DNA from: a virus
Lineage: Duplodnaviria; Heunggongvirae; Uroviricota; Caudoviricetes
Strand: one strand, 5' to 3'
DNA length: 10,708 nucleotides
IMG/VR virus record: IMGVR_UViG_2690316105_000022
The position numbers and the translations under genes are program-made. The notes beneath the pieces are model-generated. The model searched no databases, had not been told where the DNA came from, and worked only from the letters and a program-made list of their open reading frames with translations. Each line of letters starts with the position of its first letter. The first letter of the stretch is position 1. Shown here in pieces: positions 7,055-10,708 of this stretch.

Positions 7055-7389
7055 ACATAGGGCGACTGCGTGACAGGGTAACGATTCAGACCCTGAAACA
7101 GACCAGAGCCATGACGGGCGAAATACTCGAAACGTGGGAGGACGGTCACACACTCTGGGCAAGCGTGAACATGGTCAGCAGCAAGGAGTCCATTTCATCG
7201 GGTGCAGAGCTGGCGATTGGTACCGTAAGGATCTGGATACGGTACCGGAAGGACATTAACGCCACCAGCCGGATAAAGGTCAATACGGGGCCGCTGGCGG
7301 GGCGTGTACTGAATATCATCGGGCAGCCGCTGCCGGATGCCGCCAGGACACGCCTTGAAATTCTTTGTCGTGAGGGCGCGGAAAAATGA
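7051..7389 (+). CDS. Head-tail adaptor / head closure protein (Phage_H_T_join-like)
   Basis: 112-aa ORF starting MNIGRLRDRVTIQ with W...LWASV and IWIRYRKDI...RI motifs typical of head closure proteins. The ATG at 7051 overlaps the portal stop (ATGA), suggesting translational coupling. Confidence 0.7.
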   Translation: MNIGRLRDRVTIQTLKQTRAMTGEILETWEDGHTLWASVNMVSSKESISSGAELAIGTVRIWIRYRKDINATSRIKVNTGPLAGRVLNIIGQPLPDAARTRLEILCREGAEK

Positions 7390-7682
7390 CAGAAGAACTT
7401 ATCACCCTGGAAGAAGTGAAACTCCATTGCCGCATCGATGGCGACGAGGAAGACCAGTTAATCAGCGGATACATTGCCGCATCGCTTGAGGCGTGCCAGA
7501 TACACATAGGCAGGCGCTTTGATGACGGGCTGGAGTTCACGCCAGCCATAAAGATTGGCTGCATGATGTTTATCGCTCACCTGTATGAGAATCGCCAGAT
7601 TGTCGCGGATAACGCAAAAACACACGTACCCATGACGATTGGCGCACTCTGGACGGCTTACCGTGATGTGGGGGTGTACTGA
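7386..7682 (+). CDS. gp6-like head-tail connector protein
   Basis: 98-aa ORF starting MTEELITLEEVKLHCRIDGDEEDQLISGYIAASLEA, matching the I.LEE.K.HLRID.D.ED.LI...I.AA pattern of gp6-like connector proteins. Start overlaps the preceding stop (ATGA). Confidence 0.7.
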   Translation: MTEELITLEEVKLHCRIDGDEEDQLISGYIAASLEACQIHIGRRFDDGLEFTPAIKIGCMMFIAHLYENRQIVADNAKTHVPMTIGALWTAYRDVGVY

Positions 7683-8122
7683 TGCCGTGGCAACCATTAA
7701 GACGATGTACAGAACCAGGCTGCAACAGGCGCGTGAAGTCCGGCAAGTGTGAGGAGCACAGACGCAGCGCACGCCAGCAGCAGGACAGCCGGAGAGGCAG
7801 CAGCAGGGAGCGAGGGTATACGAGGCAGTGGGAGAAATACCGCGCCATGTATCTGAGTAAAAACCCGTTATGTGCGCATTGCCTGGAAAAAGGAATATAC
7901 ACGCCCGCCGTGGTGGTGGATCACATTATCCCAATCGATGGCGGTAATGATGTTCTCTTCTGGCCTGAGTGGAATCATCAGCCATTGTGCCAGGCGTGTC
8001 ATAACCAGAAAACGAAATGGCTTGATCCGTCCACAAAAAACAAGCGTGCTGCGGGTGGATTCCGTGAGGAGGAAGAACGGGCCGCTAACCGCAATAACTG
8101 GATGTATGGCGCTGATGAATGA
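7682..8122 (+). CDS. HNH endonuclease (terminase-associated type)
   Basis: 146-aa ORF with paired Cys motifs (CTEPGC, CAHC, CQAC) and an HNH core VDHIIPIDGGND...WNHQPLCQACHNQKT, located immediately upstream of terS/terL. Start overlaps the preceding stop (TGATG). Confidence 0.88.
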   Translation: MPWQPLRRCTEPGCNRRVKSGKCEEHRRSARQQQDSRRGSSRERGYTRQWEKYRAMYLSKNPLCAHCLEKGIYTPAVVVDHIIPIDGGNDVLFWPEWNHQPLCQACHNQKTKWLDPSTKNKRAAGGFREEEERAANRNNWMYGADE

Positions 8123-8288
8123 GCGGGAACAAAACCGCCTTATCCGTGGACTTATAAGGCAGCGTGACGCATGGAAGGCACAGGAAACAGGGCATAAAGA
8201 TAAAGCATCAGGACGCGCAGAACGCATCACAGCGACGCGATTAAACGACCGTGACCGCGAGGTTATGGAATGTTTCCGCAATCGCTGA
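8115..8288 (+). CDS. Hypothetical small basic protein (57 aa), uncertain
   Basis: ATG at 8115 overlaps the HNH stop (ATGAATGA) and the ORF runs to a TGA at 8286-8288; an alternative ATG lies at 8106. It fills the otherwise non-coding gap between HNH and the GC-rich intergenic region. No strong RBS and no recognisable family. Confidence 0.3.
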   Translation: MNEREQNRLIRGLIRQRDAWKAQETGHKDKASGRAERITATRLNDRDREVMECFRNR

Positions 8289-8411
8289 TGAGGCAGCCGG
8301 ACGGGGTGGGGGGAGTTTTCAGGACGAACCCGACCCCGCCCAGAACCGAACGCCTCCCCAAATTTTTATGCACGGTAATTTTTTGAAAAATAATCTGGCG
8401 AAAAAATAAGC
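8289..8411. other. Candidate cos / packaging-recognition region upstream of terS
   Basis: GC-rich block with G-runs and complementary C-runs (CGGGGTGGGGGGAG at 8302-8315; CCCGACCCCGCCC at 8329-8341; CGCCTCCCC at 8351-8359), followed by an AT-rich segment (AAATTTTTATGCACGGTAATTTTTTGAAAAATAATCTGGCGAAAAAATAAG) ending at the terS start. Position between HNH and terS is where cos sites sit in HK97-like cos phages. Confidence 0.3.
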
Positions 8412-8768
8412 ATGGCAAGACCACCGAAAGCCCCCGCCTACCTGGATGATATCGCCGTGAAGCAGTGGCGGGAAAAATCGCGGCAGCTTGCGGAACGGGG
8501 AGACCTGACCCCTGCCGACTGGAGTAATCTGGAACTGTATTGCGTCAATTACTCGATATACAGGAAAGCCGTCGCAGACCTTGCGGCGCGCGGGTTCAGC
8601 ATTGTTAACAGTCAGGGCGGAGAGAGCAGAAACCCCGCATTAAGCGCGAAATCCGACGCGGAAAGAGTGATGATAAAAATGGCCTCTTTGCTCGGTTTTG
8701 ACCCGATAAGCCGCCGTAAAAATCCACCGGAAACAGAAGAAGAGGACGAGCTTGACCGCCTGGAATAA
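8412..8768 (+). CDS. terS: Terminase small subunit, P27 family-like
   Basis: 118-aa ORF with the L..YC..Y......A.......G......G.......NP pattern and a C-terminal acidic tail, consistent with P27-family small terminases. Lies directly upstream of, and overlapping, the large terminase gene. Confidence 0.8.
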   Translation: MARPPKAPAYLDDIAVKQWREKSRQLAERGDLTPADWSNLELYCVNYSIYRKAVADLAARGFSIVNSQGGESRNPALSAKSDAERVMIKMASLLGFDPISRRKNPPETEEEDELDRLE

Positions 8769-10413
8769 GTACGCAGAAGACGTAAAAACGGGCAAAATTC
8801 CGGCCTGTAAACGGCTGAAACAGGCCGTTAAACGGTACTTTTCGGACCTTGAAAACCCCCTTTACATGTTCGATCGTGAGGTTGTTGAGCGGTTTATTGC
8901 CTTTCCCAGGGTGTGCCCGCACGTAAAAGGGCCGATGCGTGGAAGACCCATTGAGCTGGAACCGTGGCAGCAGTTTGCCTTTGCGTGCATCCTCGGCTTT
9001 AAGGTTAAGGCCACCGGAAGGCGCAAATACACGAGCGCCTTTATCGAAGTGCCGCGCAAAAATGCGAAATCCACGACAGCCGCGATTCTGGCTAACTGGT
9101 TTCTGATTATGGAGAACGGGCAGCAGGATATTTACACCGCAGCGGTGAGCCGCGACCAGGCGCGGATCGTTTTTGATGATGCGCGTCAGATGTGCCTTTT
9201 ATCCCGACCGTTACGCAAGAGAGTGAATATTCAGGCCCACAAGGTGATGCACCCGAAAAGCAACAGCCTGTTAAAGCCGCTGGCAGCAAAAGCGGCAACC
9301 ATCGAGGGTACTAACCCCAGCCTTGCCATTGTGGACGAATACCACTTACACCCCGATAACGGCGTTTATTCTGCGCTTGAACTGGGGATGGGGGCACGTC
9401 CCGAAGGGCTGTTATTTGCCATTACCACATCAGGCAGCAACGTCGTTTCAGCCTGTAAACAGCACTATGATTATTGCTGCCAGATCCTGGACGGCGAAGA
9501 GGTCAACGATTCAATTTTTGTACTGATTTACGAACTGGACGACGAAAACGAGGTTGATGATCCGGAGATGTGGATAAAGGCGAACCCTAATATTGATGTT
9601 TCCGTGGATCGTGAAAAACTGGCCTCAACCATCCAGAAAGCGCGGGGCATACCGTCGCAATGGGTGGAGATGATGACAAAGCGATTTAATATCTGGTGTC
9701 AGGGGGCTACCCCGTGGATGGGTAACGGAGCATGGGCTGAGTGCGCCGGAAAGTTCACGGAGGAAGATTTACACGGTCAGGAATGTTACGCGGGGCTGGA
9801 TTTATCATCCACAAGCGACATTTCCAGCGTGTGCTATGCCTTTCCGGTCGGTAAAAATATCATGCTGGTTTCCCGTCATTATCTGCCGGAGTTCCAGTTA
9901 CAGAACCCAGCCAATAAAAATCGCGCTATCTATCGCCAGTGGGCACGGGCGGGATGGATACGCACAACGCCAGGGGACTGCATTGATTACGACCGGATAC
10001 GTGATGACATCATGCAGGACGCGGAAAAATTTAATATCAGGCTGGTGGGCTTCGATACGTGGAACGCAACGCATCTCAGGACGCAATTACAGGGGGCAGG
10101 CTTTGAGGTGGAGCCGTTCCCGCAAACCTACCTTCGATTCAGTCCGGCGGCGAAATCGTTCGAAGTTTTTGTTAACCGCAGGGTTATCGTGCATCGTGGT
10201 GATCCGGTGTTGTCCTGGTCGATGAGTAACGTCGTGATGCAGAGTGACGCGAACGCCAATATCAAGCCGAACAAGAAAAAATCACCGAACAAGATAGACC
10301 CGAGCGTGGCGGCACTGATGGCGTTTGGTACATTCCAGGCAGAGCATGAGGATTTTGCTTTTGATATAAGCGACAGCCACCGCCAAAAACTGGAAGAATT
10401 TAGCGGGGTGTAA
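8752..10413 (+). CDS. terL: Terminase large subunit (ATPase plus nuclease)
   Basis: 553-aa ORF with a Walker A-like motif (VPRKNAKSTTAAI), a Walker B-like LAIVDEYH segment and a C-terminal nuclease-like region. Overlaps the terS 3' end by 17 nt. Confidence 0.9.
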   Translation: MTAWNKYAEDVKTGKIPACKRLKQAVKRYFSDLENPLYMFDREVVERFIAFPRVCPHVKGPMRGRPIELEPWQQFAFACILGFKVKATGRRKYTSAFIEVPRKNAKSTTAAILANWFLIMENGQQDIYTAAVSRDQARIVFDDARQMCLLSRPLRKRVNIQAHKVMHPKSNSLLKPLAAKAATIEGTNPSLAIVDEYHLHPDNGVYSALELGMGARPEGLLFAITTSGSNVVSACKQHYDYCCQILDGEEVNDSIFVLIYELDDENEVDDPEMWIKANPNIDVSVDREKLASTIQKARGIPSQWVEMMTKRFNIWCQGATPWMGNGAWAECAGKFTEEDLHGQECYAGLDLSSTSDISSVCYAFPVGKNIMLVSRHYLPEFQLQNPANKNRAIYRQWARAGWIRTTPGDCIDYDRIRDDIMQDAEKFNIRLVGFDTWNATHLRTQLQGAGFEVEPFPQTYLRFSPAAKSFEVFVNRRVIVHRGDPVLSWSMSNVVMQSDANANIKPNKKKSPNKIDPSVAALMAFGTFQAEHEDFAFDISDSHRQKLEEFSGV

Positions 10414-10426
10414 TGAGGTCAGCAGC

Positions 10427-10708
10427 ATGACAGAAGCCGAAATACTGCGATTAATCCGCCGCGTCTCTGGAATCAGCCAGCAGCATGACGAACAGGCCAC
10501 GCAGCCGGACAGCGTGACCGCCGAAAATTATGCGCGTGTTGTTGCTGAGGTGATGCGCCGTGATGGTATCCAGCTTAATGATGTGGATATGCGCAACATA
10601 CGGATCCGCGTTCTTGAAATGCTGGCCTACCGTCGCCGCGTGCAGACGTACAGGGAAAAAGCAAAAATTACGTACCACTGGAAGAAGCCGGAGCGGTTAC
10701 GGCGGTAA
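10427..10708 (+). CDS. Hypothetical protein (93 aa), basic C-terminus
   Basis: ORF with RBS GAGGT 7 nt upstream of the ATG at 10427, beginning 13 nt after the terL stop; the stop codon coincides with the last three bases of the window. No recognisable family. Confidence 0.55.
   Translation: MTEAEILRLIRRVSGISQQHDEQATQPDSVTAENYARVVAEVMRRDGIQLNDVDMRNIRIRVLEMLAYRRRVQTYREKAKITYHWKKPERLRR

Noticed and set aside
7872-8105. 5' two-thirds of the 138-aa track ORF overlapping the HNH gene in another frame
   Set aside because: It overlaps a confidently identified HNH endonuclease gene and has low-complexity, unrecognisable sequence; only the segment past the HNH stop is retained as a low-confidence small ORF.
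4373-8281. Minus-strand ORFs of 66-137 aa inside the structural genes (for example 4592-4912, 5406-5717, 7458-7772, 7868-8281)
   Set aside because: All lie antisense to plus-strand genes with clear family resemblance, have Ser/Arg/Cys-rich compositions typical of antisense frames in GC-rich coding DNA, and lack RBS context.
8752-8768. Possible programmed frameshift at the terS/terL overlap
   Set aside because: The 17-nt overlap has terL starting at its own in-frame ATG and no obvious slippery heptamer; ordinary overlapping genes is the simpler explanation.
1-10708. CRISPR arrays, tRNA or rRNA genes
   Set aside because: No regularly spaced direct repeats with unique spacers and no cloverleaf-like or rRNA-like segments; the only short repeats are the paired terminators and the TTGTTC triplet, which are explained above.

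Overview
The window is a junction between an IS66-family insertion sequence and a compact, phage-derived capsid-assembly and DNA-packaging cluster. All protein identifications are from reading the translations for family-typical motifs, not from any database search. Bases 1..2417 hold the IS66-type element on the minus strand (tnpA, tnpB, tnpC), cut off at the window start. From 2418 onward every credible gene is on the plus strand: a gene fragment abutting the IS end, an SSB-like protein, a PerC-like small regulator, a small ORF bracketed by two near-identical terminators, then HK97-type major capsid, prohead protease, portal, head-tail adaptor, gp6-like connector, HNH endonuclease, P27-type small terminase, large terminase and a final small ORF. 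The gene order is non-canonical (capsid before protease before portal, terminases last) and no tail, lysis or integrase genes appear in the window. The 250 bp leader upstream of the capsid gene is densely structured (phased TTGTTC repeats, a 17-bp-arm palindrome, and a hairpin plus T8 tract touching the capsid start codon). My leading hypothesis is a capsid-forming satellite-like element (cf-PICI-like) or a rearranged prophage head module; the window alone cannot distinguish these.
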